A stretch of 64,000 bases of DNA from positions 29,946,001 through 30,010,000 of the forward strand of contig NC_043014.1 in assembly GCF_006345805.1 (NCBI RefSeq), in the 5' to 3' direction. Source of the DNA: Octopus sinensis (lineage: Eukaryota). Positions within the stretch are counted from its first letter, which is position 1; every line of letters begins with the position of its first letter. Below are positions 38,455 through 49,682 of the stretch, piece after piece. The notes under the pieces are model-generated. The model saw nothing but the letters and a program-made list of their open reading frames with translations, searched no databases and was not told where the DNA came from. The position numbers and the translations under genes were made by a program.

Positions 38455-39860
38455 AAGACAGGCTGGCCTTAAGAGCTCCTCTATGCTGATGACTTTGCGC
38501 TTATACCTGAATCACTTCCTGAGCTAGAGAAGAAGTTCCAGGTATGGAATCAGGGTCTAGAATCAAAGGGCCTTAGAGTTAACCTAGCAAAAACCAAAGT
38601 CATAGTAAGTAGGAAGGCAGACAAATCACAAACCCCCTCAGGTAGATGGCTCTGCTCAATCCGTAGAAACTCCATTAGATGCACCCAGTGTAAGCTTTGG
38701 CTACACATCAAAGGAAGGTTAACAGAGAAATTAACTTTTGTATGTGGAAGGTGCACAGGCATAATAAATGCTGAACATGTGTGGAAAATAGACTCCATCA
38801 ACTGCCGGGGGGGGGGGCAAGCTAGAGGTAGTTGATAGCTTCCAGTATCTAGGCAACCAGGTTAGTAGTAGAAGTAGTTGTTCCAAAAGCATAGCTATGA
38901 GAATAAGATTAAGCTGGATAAGGTTCAGAGAGATTCCTGCCCCTGCTGGCAACAAAGATCTCTCCCTCAAAGTGAAAGGCAGATTGTTTGATGCCATACT
39001 GGGTGGTAGTGAAACATTGACTATGACAGCCAAGGACATGCATAGGCATGAGAGAAATGAAGCCAGTATGCTTCGCTGGATGTGCAATGTCAGTGTGCAT
39101 CTACAACAGAATGTAAGCATCTTGAGAGAAAAGTTAGGCATAAGAGGAATCAGATGTGGTATGCAAGAGAGACAACTGTGCTGATATGTTCATGTGATGC
39201 ATATGGATGAGGACTGTTGTGTAAAGAAGTGCCACGCTCTAACTGTGAAGGGAATCTGTGGTAGAGGTAGTCCCAGGGAAACATGGGACAATTTGGTGAA
39301 GCATGATCTTTGAACTTTGAACTTCACAGAGACAATGACTAGTGATTGAGACTTTTAGTGATGTTCTCTGCTTAAGAGGACCCGTCAAGTCAAGTGCACC
39401 CATGCTGGTGGCACGTAAAAAAAAAAATCAACCTTTGGACATTGGGCCTCATGGAGGCAAAGTGGCTGAGTACCTTTCGAGTGTTGAGCCTCATGGTGGC
39501 AAGGTGGCTGAGTTCCTTTTGAGCAGGCCTCACAGAGGTGAAGTGACTGAGTTCCTTTCGAGTGTTGGGCTTCATGGAGGCAATGACCAAGACCTTTGGC
39601 ATTATGTCGTTCTTGAGAAGAAGACCCATCAAGCTGAGCAAAATTGCAGTTGTGGCAGATATCGGTGTCACACAAATGGCACCTGTGCAGGTGGCACATA
39701 AAATCACCCATTACGCTCTCGGAATGGTTGGGGTTAGGAAGAGCATCCAGCCATAGAAAATCATACCAAATCAGACTGGAGTCTGGTGCAGCCTTCCAGT
39801 GTGCCAGCCCAGTCAAACCAGCTAACCCATGCCAGCATGGACAACAGACATTAAATGATG
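38455..39860 (+). mobile_element. RTE-clade LINE, 5'-truncated, with Cys-rich insert and full 3' UTR
   Basis: ELLYADDFALI...GLESKGLRVNLAKTK, RIRLSWIRFRE, EASMLRWMCNV; 3' UTR ends in (GAT)n. Confidence 0.92.
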
Positions 39861-39969
39861 ATGATAATATATATATATATGTATACACACTTAAATCATG
39901 CTTAACATGGCATGCATATATAGATTTAGATATACATACATACATACATACATATATCATATATATATA

Positions 39970-42900
39970 TATATTTATATGTATATGAATATGTATATAT
40001 ATGCATGCCATATTAAGCATGATTTAAGTATGCAGCAGCAAAAGCTGATAAAGTGCAACGATTATTGAGTTGCTGCTCAGAAAGTCAGAGTCCTTAAAGT
40101 AAATGTTCCATACCTGTGTCATTAAATATATATCTTCGTCATCGTTTTATATTCACTGTCTACACAGGAATACATTTGGATGTTGTCATTGCTTCTTTCT
40201 TAGATAAATAAGAGGATCACTTTCAGTCAGAAGTTTCATTTTCGATTTTTTATGTGGTTTCTCTGGCTGGTTGTCCTTCCTAATACCAATCACTTTACTT
40301 AGTGTACTGAGTATATTTTTTCATGACACTAGCTCTTGGGAGGTTGCTATGTCTTCAACAAGACTAAAGACCCCTCTCAACTCCACTCCTAACAGAATGT
40401 ACTGGGTGTAATTTATTGTGGTAAGAGTTATAGGGAAGACAGAAGTAAAAGAGAGCTAAACAGCAAGAGGTGGACAAAAGGCGAGTATGAATAATAGATA
40501 TTGATAGCAAACGAATAGGGGGTCGCAACATGAGTAGAACATATGTACATGCATACATGATGGGTCCCTTAAGTTTATATCTCATGATGGGCAAGAAAGT
40601 GATAAAGGTAAGAGAGAGCATTACAAGGTGAACAGTAAAAAAAATCTACTGCCATCCTTGAGTCTGAGCTTATATTTACTGGTGTAATGGGTGTGTTGAA
40701 TTTTGTTCCTTTATGACAAGAGGGCAACTTAGTCATTGGCTTGATCTGCTAGAAATAACAGCAAGCAAATCCTTCAAATCTTGTTATCTTAAAAGAGCAC
40801 ATTGAATAATGAGACCTACGTGCATGCCTTGTGCAATGGAAAAAGCGGTTATGAATGGGATAGGCATGGATGGGTTGGATTGTCCTTGATCATTTATTTG
40901 CTTGATCGGTTTCATTTGGAGTCTAAACAACAACAAAAAGCTTGTGATTTAATCATGATCATCATCATTCTCATCATGTAATAATTATTACTACTTCCAC
41001 CACCACCACCACCACTACCATCCCCATCATCGTTTTAATATAGCTGCCACCCTTCCCACCACCACTACCACTGTCACTATCATCAGTATCTTCGCTACTA
41101 TCAAAATCATCAACTTTACCATCACCACCCGCTCCCATTGATATAATAAGTAGAAGATTGATAACAGGCCTGAGTGAAGAAAGATAGAGAGAAAAATGAA
41201 AGAGAACAGAAACAAAGAAGTTATCAGTGTGAGAAGAAAAATATTAATGGCCTTTTGTAAAGTTATTTGCACAGTAAATTAAAAGTATTTATGTTCTTGA
41301 TATTTCAGCTGTTTCTGAATATTCTTTGCTTCTGTGTTACAGTTTATATAAACAGCAAAATACATTCACATTACTTTTTGTACTTCCTCTGTCAGGGAAT
41401 ATAACTTGGTTTTAGCTTTAATGTAACACCTGACTACTAGGAACAATGCACACACACACACACACACACATGTGTGTGTGTATATATATATATATAATAT
41501 ATATATATATATTTATATGTATATGAATATGTATATATATGCATGCCATATTAAGCATGATTTAAGTATGCAGCAGCAAAAGCTGATAAAGTGCAACGAT
41601 TATTGAGTTGCTGCTCAGAAAGTCAGAGTCCTTAAAGTAAATGTTCCATACCTGTGTCATTAAATATATATCTTCGTCATCGTTTTATATTCACTGTCTA
41701 CACAGGAATACATTTGGATGTTGTCATTGCTTCTTTCTTAGATAAATAAGAGGATCACTTTCAGTCAGAAGTTTCATTTTCGATTTTTTATGTGGTTTCT
41801 CTGGCTGGTTGTCCTTCCTAATACCAATCACTTTACTTAGTGTACTGAGTATATTTTTTCATGACACTAGCTCTTGGAAGGTTGCTATGTCTTCAACAAG
41901 ACTAAAGACCCCTCTCAACTCCACTCCTAACAGAATGTACTGGGTGTAATTTATTGTGGTAAGAGTTATAGGGAAGACAGAAGTAAAAGAGAGCTAAACA
42001 GCAAGAGGTGGACAAAAGGCGAGTATGAATAATAGATATTGATAGCAAACGAATAGGGGGTCGCAACATGAGTAGAACATATGTACATGCATACATGATG
42101 GGTCCCTTAAGTTTATATCTCATGATGGGCAAGAAAGTGATAAAGGTAAGAGAGAGCATTACAAGGTGAACAGTAAAAAAAATCTACTGCCATCCTTGAG
42201 TCTGAGCTTATATTTACTGGTGTAATGGGTGTGTTGAATTTTGTTCCTTTATGACAAGAGGGCAACTTAGTCATTGGCTTGATCTGCTAGAAATAACAGC
42301 AAGCAAATCCTTCAAATCTTGTTATCTTAAAAGAGCACATTGAATAATGAGACCTACGTGCATGCCTTGTGCAATGGAAAAAGCGGTTATGAATGGGATA
42401 GGCATGGATGGGTTGGATTGTCCTTGATCATTTATTTGCTTGATCGGTTTCATTTGGAGTCTAAACAACAACAAAAAGCTTGTGATTTAATCATGATCAT
42501 CATCATTCTCATCATGTAATAATTATTACTACTTCCACCACCACCACTACCATCCCCATCATCGTTTTAATATAGCTGCCACCCTTCCCACCACCACTAC
42601 CACTGTCACTATCATCAGTATCTTCGCTACTATCAAAATCATCAACTTTACCATCACCACCCGCTCCCATTGATATAATAAGTAGAAGATTGATAACAGG
42701 CCTGAGTGAAGAAAGATAGAGAGAAAAATGAGAGAGAACAGAAACAAAGAAGTTATCAGTGTGAGAAGAAAAATATTAATGGCCTTTTGTAAAGTTATTT
42801 GCACAGTAAATTAAAAGTATTTATGTTCTTGATATTTCAGCTGTTTCTGAATATTCTTTGCTTCTGTGTTACAGTTTATATAAACAGCAAAATACATTCA

Positions 42901-43008
42901 CATTACTTTTTGTACTTCCTCTGTCAGGGAATATAACTTGGTTTTAGCTTTAATGTAACACCTGACTACTAGGAACAATGCACACACACACACACACACA
43001 TACACACA

Positions 43009-43040
<32 letters not shown>
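39970..43040. repeat. Tandem duplication, ~1538-bp period (~39970-41500 / ~41501-43040)
   Basis: GCATGCCATA at 40003 and 41541. Both copies end in GGAACAATGCACACAC..(TG)(TA)n. Two substitutions and a shorter (CCA)n distinguish them. Confidence 0.95.
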
Positions 43041-43060
<20 letters not shown>

Positions 43061-43119
43061 TCAAAATCAAAATCAAACCAAATCAAATCAGATATCAGAA
43101 AGCAGAACCAAAATCGAAG

Positions 43120-43530
43120 TCGATCAACATCAATGGAAATTGCAGCTGTGGTACCAGTGCTGGTGACAAGTAAGCGAATCATCCGTTCGTGTCCGTTGCC
43201 AGCCTGGCCTGGCCCCCGTGCCAGTGGCATGTAGCACCTTCCATTCATGGCCGTTGCCAGCCTCGCCTGGCCCCCGTGCCGGTGGCATGTAAAAGCACCA
43301 TCCGTTCATGGCCGTTTGCCAGCTCCGTCTGGCACCTGTGCAGGTGTCACATAAAAAGCACCCACTACACTCATGGAGTGGTTGGCATTAGGAAGGGCAT
43401 CCAGCTGTAGAAACACTGCCAGATCAGACTGGGTCTGATGCAGCCTTCTGGCTTCACAGACCCCAGTTGAACCGTCCAACCCATGCTAGCATGGAAAGCA
43501 GACGCTAAATGATGATGATGATGATGATGA
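43120..43530 (+). mobile_element. RTE 3' UTR fragment with internal ~55-bp subrepeats
   Basis: CCGTTGCCAGCCT.GCCTGGCCCCCGTGCC.GTGGCATGTA occurs twice, followed by the standard tail and (GAT)n. Confidence 0.85.
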
Positions 43531-43961
43531 TATATATGGAAAAAAAGTCAAGATAGAAAATGCTAAAATAATTTTATAAAAAACATTTCAGTTTCATCTG
43601 TAAGTATGGAAAACAAATTTAGAAAAATTAAAAGAAAAGTTTTTTTTAAAGAATATTTGTATAGTGTTCAAATACAAGTGGCATTTTCCTTGTTTCTGCC
43701 TGTCTCTGTCTCTCTTGTTTACTCTTGTGGGTTTGAAGTCGTATATATATATATATATATATGTTATTTTGAGGATATAGATATCTAAGGGATGTTAACA
43801 TCCAAGTTACCCTGGTTTAAACTTATATATCGATGAAATACTCCATGCGGTTGGAAAGCAAATTTCTTACCACTCAGCCATGCTTGCGATGTTTGATGAG
43901 TTGATCGACAATCCTTTCAGAAGAAGACTACGGTGGGGGGTGGGGCGCTAAGTGATAAGGG

Positions 43962-44300
43962 AAATTGCAATGCTATTATGAGTTCGAATATTCTTGATGC
44001 ACGTTCGAACTGGGGAACAAGCATTTTGTCATGGAGAATATGTCTTGCTTGTTCTTGTTGACAAATGGTGTGTATACACCTAGATCAGCTCACAGCACCA
44101 CCTACCTAGACTGTGAGATGTTATCATTTCGGAGTAGTTGTCTCTTCATTGGTCACAGACACTAAGCAGACGCTGTGAGCTGATCTAGGTGTATACACAC
44201 CATTTGTCAACAAGCAAGATATATTCTCAGTGACAAAACACTTGTCCCCCAGTTTGGACATGCATCAAGCATATTCGGTCTGATAATAACATTGCAATTT
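43962..44300. repeat. Inverted repeat with ~135-bp arms, perfect inner 43 bp, 75-bp loop
   Basis: 44054-44096 is the exact reverse complement of 44172-44214. The outer arms are diverged. Confidence 0.9.
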
Positions 44301-44539
44301 AAAAAGAAGCTCATTCACAGTGCCAAAATTCATGCGATGGAACTGGTTAAGTCTATCACGTTTTTTGTAGACTTTGTAAAGTTTGTCAGCATCTTTTATT
44401 GGGGTTTGGAGATATGCATGGCTTTAAGTCAAGCCTACTTCGACTAACCTTTTTGACACCATTACTGATGTTCAGTGGAGAATATATGTCTAGTATGGTG
44501 AAAGGATTTATTGTTTAGAAACAATGAATTATTAGTTAG

Positions 44540-45125
44540 TTAGTTAATTTTTTGGCTCAAAAAGCAAAAAGCGAGGCCATGTAGGGGGACATGGAGTTAT
44601 GTACAGGGTGGTGTTCATGTAAAGAGTTCAGGCCACTTGTGGTCAAGGAAGACTTTGAACCGAGCGGTCGTCGGCATCTTTACCATCTCATTCGGCAGCT
44701 TATTCCACGGATCCGCAACCCGGACGGAGAAAGCCCCTCTCCTTGAGTGAGATGAAATCGTCGCAGATAGAGCTTTTCGGAATGACCCTGCAGCCAATGC
44801 TCTGGAGCAGGAGTGAAGAACAGCTCTTTCGAGAGGTTACACTTTCCGCTTATGATGTTGTGAGCAAGAATGAGATCACCACGGCGTCGGCGTTTTTCTA
44901 GAGAATAAAGGTCAAGCGTCTTCAGACTTTCTTCATAAGACAAATTCTTGAGACCAAGAACCATGCGGGTAGCCAGCTTCTGGACTCTTTCGAGATGCTG
45001 TATGTCTTTGAGGAGATAAAGAGAAGAGGCTTGAATCCCGTACTCCAATATGGATCTCACCAGCGTGACATAGAGCGGTAGGAATATGGCTGCTGTGAGC
45101 ATTCTGAATATGTGCACCCCATGCT
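44540..45125 (-). mobile_element. CR1-type LINE 3' end (distinct subfamily)
   Basis: LYVTLVRSILEYG...LERVQKLATRMV..L..LSYEE.LK.LDLYSLEKRRRRGDLI...RVADPWNKLP. Confidence 0.92.
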
Positions 45126-46500
45126 TTTTGCAGCTTCATTCTATGAAACTGGTGTTGTTTAATTCACCTCGATTTTAAGGCTGTAAACTTGCAATTAGGT
45201 GGCAGATTATCAAATAGTATGGGGTTGAGGGATTTTCATGACAGGCAGGTTATATATGGATGGAGATGGACAAGCACCTCTATTTATATTAGAATGTTGA
45301 TTTATGATAATTTTCTGTATGGTAAAATTGTTGTAAGATCATTTGGAAGGAGAATCCAGTGGGAGGATGAGGTAATGGCTGAGTTAACGATGTGGTCGTA
45401 TCTGCTTTTCTGAGTTTGGGAAGATACTGTGATTTGCTATACGTACACAAGATGCTTTGCTCATTATTACCAAAATTTCATTGTAAGATTTGCTTGTTAA
45501 TTTTTATAAGAACAGCAGACCAAGATTGTTAATTGCGTGTAGATTTACGCAACAAAACTGGACCTGGCAGGCAAAGTTTTGTACTCTCGACCATTACCAT
45601 ACACCATCCAGTTATAACACCAGAGCATAAATCGTTTAGAATTATAGGCCATACTTTATGATCATGAGGAAGGGATCGGTGAACAATTGAAGTCATTGAA
45701 AAGGTTCCGTTATGAGACTGAGATTTCCATCTGTATTTGGCTACAAGCATGGGATTTACAAAGCTTTGTGCATCACTAGTATCAAGAAGGGAATTTTATT
45801 GTTTAATTTAGCTGGTGCTATTTGTTAATTTATTTTATTTATTTATTTTGTATAGTTATTAAAAACAAAAAACAAAAGAAAGGGAAATTTTTTAAATGAT
45901 TAAAATGATGAATTAAATTTTCAAAAATTGAAATGAAAATTGAATTAAATTTTCTATGCACAAAATTTACAAAAAATATATAAATATAAAATAAAAGTTA
46001 AGATGAAAATGTTTATAAAGGAACTGAAAAGAAATAGGATAAGGGGAATGAGAGTGACTGGGTTAGTGTGATGGAGTGAATGTGTGAGTGGAGTGGGGTA
46101 AAATGATGAGACTAGATTAGTGACAGGAAAATGGAGATGAGCAATGATGTCAGGGTCATAGTGGAATGGTGGGAGTGGTGGTGTAGAGTAGTCGGCAGTT
46201 GTCGTGGGTGATGGTGAAGGTATAAGGGGAAAGGGGTGGGAAACATGATGCTGATTAGATTAAAAATATGGAATTGTATTAATGATTACTTCTGGTAATG
46301 ATTACTTTTAATGGTCACAAGGTCCAAGACGTTGGGAACAGTACAAAAGTAAAATATAACAAACAATAAACAGTAGGAATGGTGTTACATGGAGTAAAAG
46401 TGTGACATCAAAAATGCAATGAAAACACATCAATAGATGATAATAACAATAGTTGTACAGAACAAGAAAATAACAACAATGAAGGATCCCCAAATAGAAG

Positions 46501-46548
46501 GTCTTACAGCTGTTTTGAGGATATTTATTATATCCCTTCATTGGAGAC
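46501..46548 (-). ncRNA. Degenerate type I hammerhead ribozyme (core G5 and G12 lost)
   Basis: GTCT-CCAATGA-AGGGATAT aataa ATATCCTC-AAAA-C agct G-TA-AGAC. Stems are intact; both core changes are CpG-type transitions. Confidence 0.55.
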
Positions 46549-46589
46549 AATGTGAGAAAATAGTTAAGCAATAGTTAATTTAGATAAGA

Positions 46590-46982
46590 CTAGCAGTATC
46601 GCCCGGCGTTGTTCGGGTTTGTAAGGGAAATAACTATATAAGCATTTTTAGAGATGTAAAGTATAATAGCCATCTCAATATGGCTAACCACAAAGGGGGG
46701 TGTTACTGTAGCTTTTTACGTCCTGAGATTTAATAATACATTTTTAGAGAGTTACTTCCCTTGTATAATTGCAAAAAAATGCATTAAAAATGGGAAAATG
46801 ATGGTAAATTTTTTTTTAAATCGTAGACTCATTGTAGGCGCGCGCTAATACCCAGAAGGGCTCGATGTGAATCACGACTATAAGATACCCGCTTTTGGTT
46901 ACACATCACCACAAAATGTGGGAGTAGTTAGGAATCTAAATCGTAGGAGACAGACACACAACTTCACTTTTATATATAAAGA
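46590..46982 (-). mobile_element. Non-autonomous Helitron, 393 bp
   Basis: On the minus strand: 5' TC start, 3' CCCG-AACAACGC-CGGG hairpin then CTAG. Inserted between A and T with no TSD; the empty site is visible in the opposite arm. Confidence 0.88.
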
Positions 46983-47304
46983 TATGAAACAGAGAGTGAA
47001 GTGGAGGAATGAAAATAGATGTGAAATATGCAGGGATATTGCATTTGTAGATCCATTATTTAGGCAGAATGGTATACATATAAGATTCCAATGGTATACA
47101 TATAAGATTTACAATGACCAGTTTTAAATACTATTGGAATTTACTCACAAGGTATTGGAATCTTATATGTATACCATTCTGCCTAAATAATGGATCTACA
47201 AATGCAATATCCCTGCATATCTCACATCTATTTTCATTCCTCTACTTCACTCTCTATTTCGTATCTTATCTAAATTAACTATTGCTTAACCATTTTCTCA
47301 CACC

Positions 47305-47352
47305 ATCTCCGATGAAGAGATATAATAAATATCCTGGAAACAGCTGTAAGAT
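47305..47352 (+). ncRNA. Minimal type I hammerhead ribozyme motif (CCGAUGA core variant)
   Basis: ATCT-CCGATGA-stem II (GATAT/ATATC)-GAAA-C agct G-TA, then AGAT closing stem I. Palindromic tetraloop on stem III. Confidence 0.65.
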
Positions 47353-48254
47353 CTACTTATAAATGTTCTAAAATCTTCACAGCCTTGGTTTTTTATCTCA
47401 TTCTGAAAAAATTTTTTTATATATACGCATGCTGATATATGACCTACATTGAACTGCTTATTCGCATAATCACCGAACCTTTAGCTTAACTATGGTCTAT
47501 CCATAGCACTTACTCAGCATTACCTGACACTTTTGGGTCTTATTGACATCATTACCTCCCCCCCCTCTCTCTCTCTATATATATATATAAAAGAAATAAT
47601 TAAAATTCAGTTGAATTAGGTACTTAAGTTGAGGTACCAAGTCAGTTCGGTATTATCCGCACAGCTCAAAGTAAGGTGAATAAAAAGCGAACAAGTAATA
47701 AAGATCTCAAGTTATCAGTACATTACGCTGGTTTCAGGTGGCTCCACTTAATCGATCGATGCAAGCATTACATCAATTTGAAATATACCACCTTTTTCAG
47801 ATGCATACAACCCAGTGGCAACTCTGGCACTCACGCTGTTCAGGCTTAGCCCGAATATAAACTTAGTAAAGTGAACATGTATTTGTAAGCTGATTTAATT
47901 TCTACCAACACTGACTTCAAATATGTAATTGCAGCCAATAACTCGGGCTCCTTTTATTCAACCTTGTCGCAGTTCATTTATTTTTGTTCTGAGTTTGGCG
48001 GATGTCTTAGAGATGTCCTGTGTCAAAAAATATAGTTCATAGCAGATATTCTCACAAGATCGGTCACACAAGCCTGACTCACGTTTAGAAGTTACAGCCC
48101 GAGTTGTTATCTATAATCGTAAAAATTTAAAATAATTCAAATTCAATTTTTTCATGAAACAATAAATTTCTATAGAGATTAGGAGTTAAATTACAATCTA
48201 TGAAAAGTTTCCTTTCAACAATATTCTTAAAAAAACGAAAAATAATCCAGCATC

Positions 48255-48607
48255 TCGGGCTAATATGAATGAGCTTGGTAGGTGTAAAAGACTAACTGGT
48301 ATCTGCCATCCAACCAAAATGCAAATATATGGGAAACTACCACCTGTGTCATCTCTTGTGAAAGGTAGGAGAGTCCAGTTTGTTGGACATTGTTGTAAAG
48401 CCAAAAAAGAGGTAATTTCAACTCTTCTCCTCTGGAAGCCATCTACTCGCAATACCAGAAGGCGCACACTCTCCTACCCTGATGTAATCTCCAGGGATAC
48501 AAGCATCCAGCAACAGGACCTCTGTAATGCCATGATGGACTGTGAAGTCTGGCGTAGCATGATAAATTCCATTGTCTCGACCACGGTCGAACAATGATGA
48601 TGATGAT
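48255..48607 (+). mobile_element. RTE/RTEX-type LINE 3' end with (ATG)n tail
   Basis: HPTKMQIYGKLPPVS...RRVQFVGHC...LLLWKP...YPDVISRDT...AMMDCEVWR. Confidence 0.82.
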
Positions 48608-48833
48608 CTCTTGTCAAGAGTACGGGTGACAGTCAGATCACTGATGTTTGTTGCGCACCCCGCTGTTGTTATTTGATTGCTGTTATTTTGTGTGTCTGTA
48701 TGTAAAGATCAGTTGTGTTTTACAGGGTTGCTTTATTTTTACTCAGAATTATTTAAAAATGGAAAAAGACATAGTGTTAGATATAAAAAATAAACCATCT
48801 GATGTGATGCTGATGACCTGATACATAGAGCAT

Positions 48834-49333
48834 ACTCCATTATAAGTCTTTTAGCAAGAATGAAAGAATCATATGTCTGTTGCTATTCTTGTAGCAGAAT
48901 GAACTTAGGGAAAAAATACTTCAACTACAATTTGGAGTAGCAGAAGAGAATAACAATGGAGGTCATGCAATGGTAATATAGCTACATTTATCTATTTTCT
49001 TATCACCATCAAAAGATCTAATGCAGCTAGTATACTACGTCCACTAAGAATTAAAATCACAGCTAGAACTTAACTGTCAATTCCCAGTGGTTTTTAATTC
49101 TCAGTGGACATAGTATACTAGTTGCATTAGATCTTTTGATGATGATAAGGAGATAGATAAATGCAGCTATATTACCATCTCATGACCCCTATTGTTATTC
49201 GCTTCTGCCACTCCAAATTGTAGTTGAAGTATTTTCTCCTTACGTCCATTCTGCTACAATTATAGCAACAGGCATGTGATTCTTTTATTCTCTAGTTCTG
49301 ATGAAAAATTTGCTAAAAAAATTATAATGGAGT
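48834..49333. repeat. Inverted repeat with ~230-245-bp arms and 26-bp spacer
   Basis: ACTCCATTATAA...AGAATTAAAATCAC pairs with GTGGTTTTTAATTCT...TTATAATGGAGT; diverged. Confidence 0.88.
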
Positions 49334-49482
49334 GTCCTGTATGTCAAAAACTTATATGGTCTTACACATCCAAGGAAGGTGGTGTATTTCAAATTGATGC
49401 AATGCTTGCATTGATCGATTAAATGGAGCCACCTGAAACGGCCATAATGCACTAATACCTTGACATCCTTGTTACTTATTTG

Positions 49483-49530
<48 letters not shown>

Positions 49531-49604
49531 ATGTATGTATGTATATATATATATATACACATAAATTGATCAAAATAAAATAAAAACATGATGCGAAGGA
49601 TTCA

Positions 49605-49682
49605 GCGGTACATATGTTTCGGGCCTTTATTAGACAGATTTATAACAATGCATAATGTATGTCTGTGGCCTTCTTCAGCCGC
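49605..49682 (-). ncRNA. Minimal type I hammerhead ribozyme, copy 1
   Basis: GCGG-CTGAAGA-aGGCC...GGCCc-GAAA-C atat G-TA-CCGC on the minus strand. Confidence 0.72.

Larger units (their letters stand above)
46496..47356. mobile_element. Inverted pair of Penelope-type terminal repeats (left arm interrupted by a Helitron)
   Basis: 46496-46589 + 46983-47090 is the reverse complement of 47154-47356. Each arm carries a hammerhead motif. Confidence 0.7.

Noticed and set aside
40100-40200. Exon within the 1.54-kb duplication (CACAG|GTATGG donor on minus, ACACAG acceptor on plus)
   Set aside because: All frames between the plausible splice sites contain stops.
45130-45780. Penelope RT-like peptides (YNLPVMKIP; SIVHRSLPHD)
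   Set aside because: Weak matches, and in the wrong order on the minus strand.
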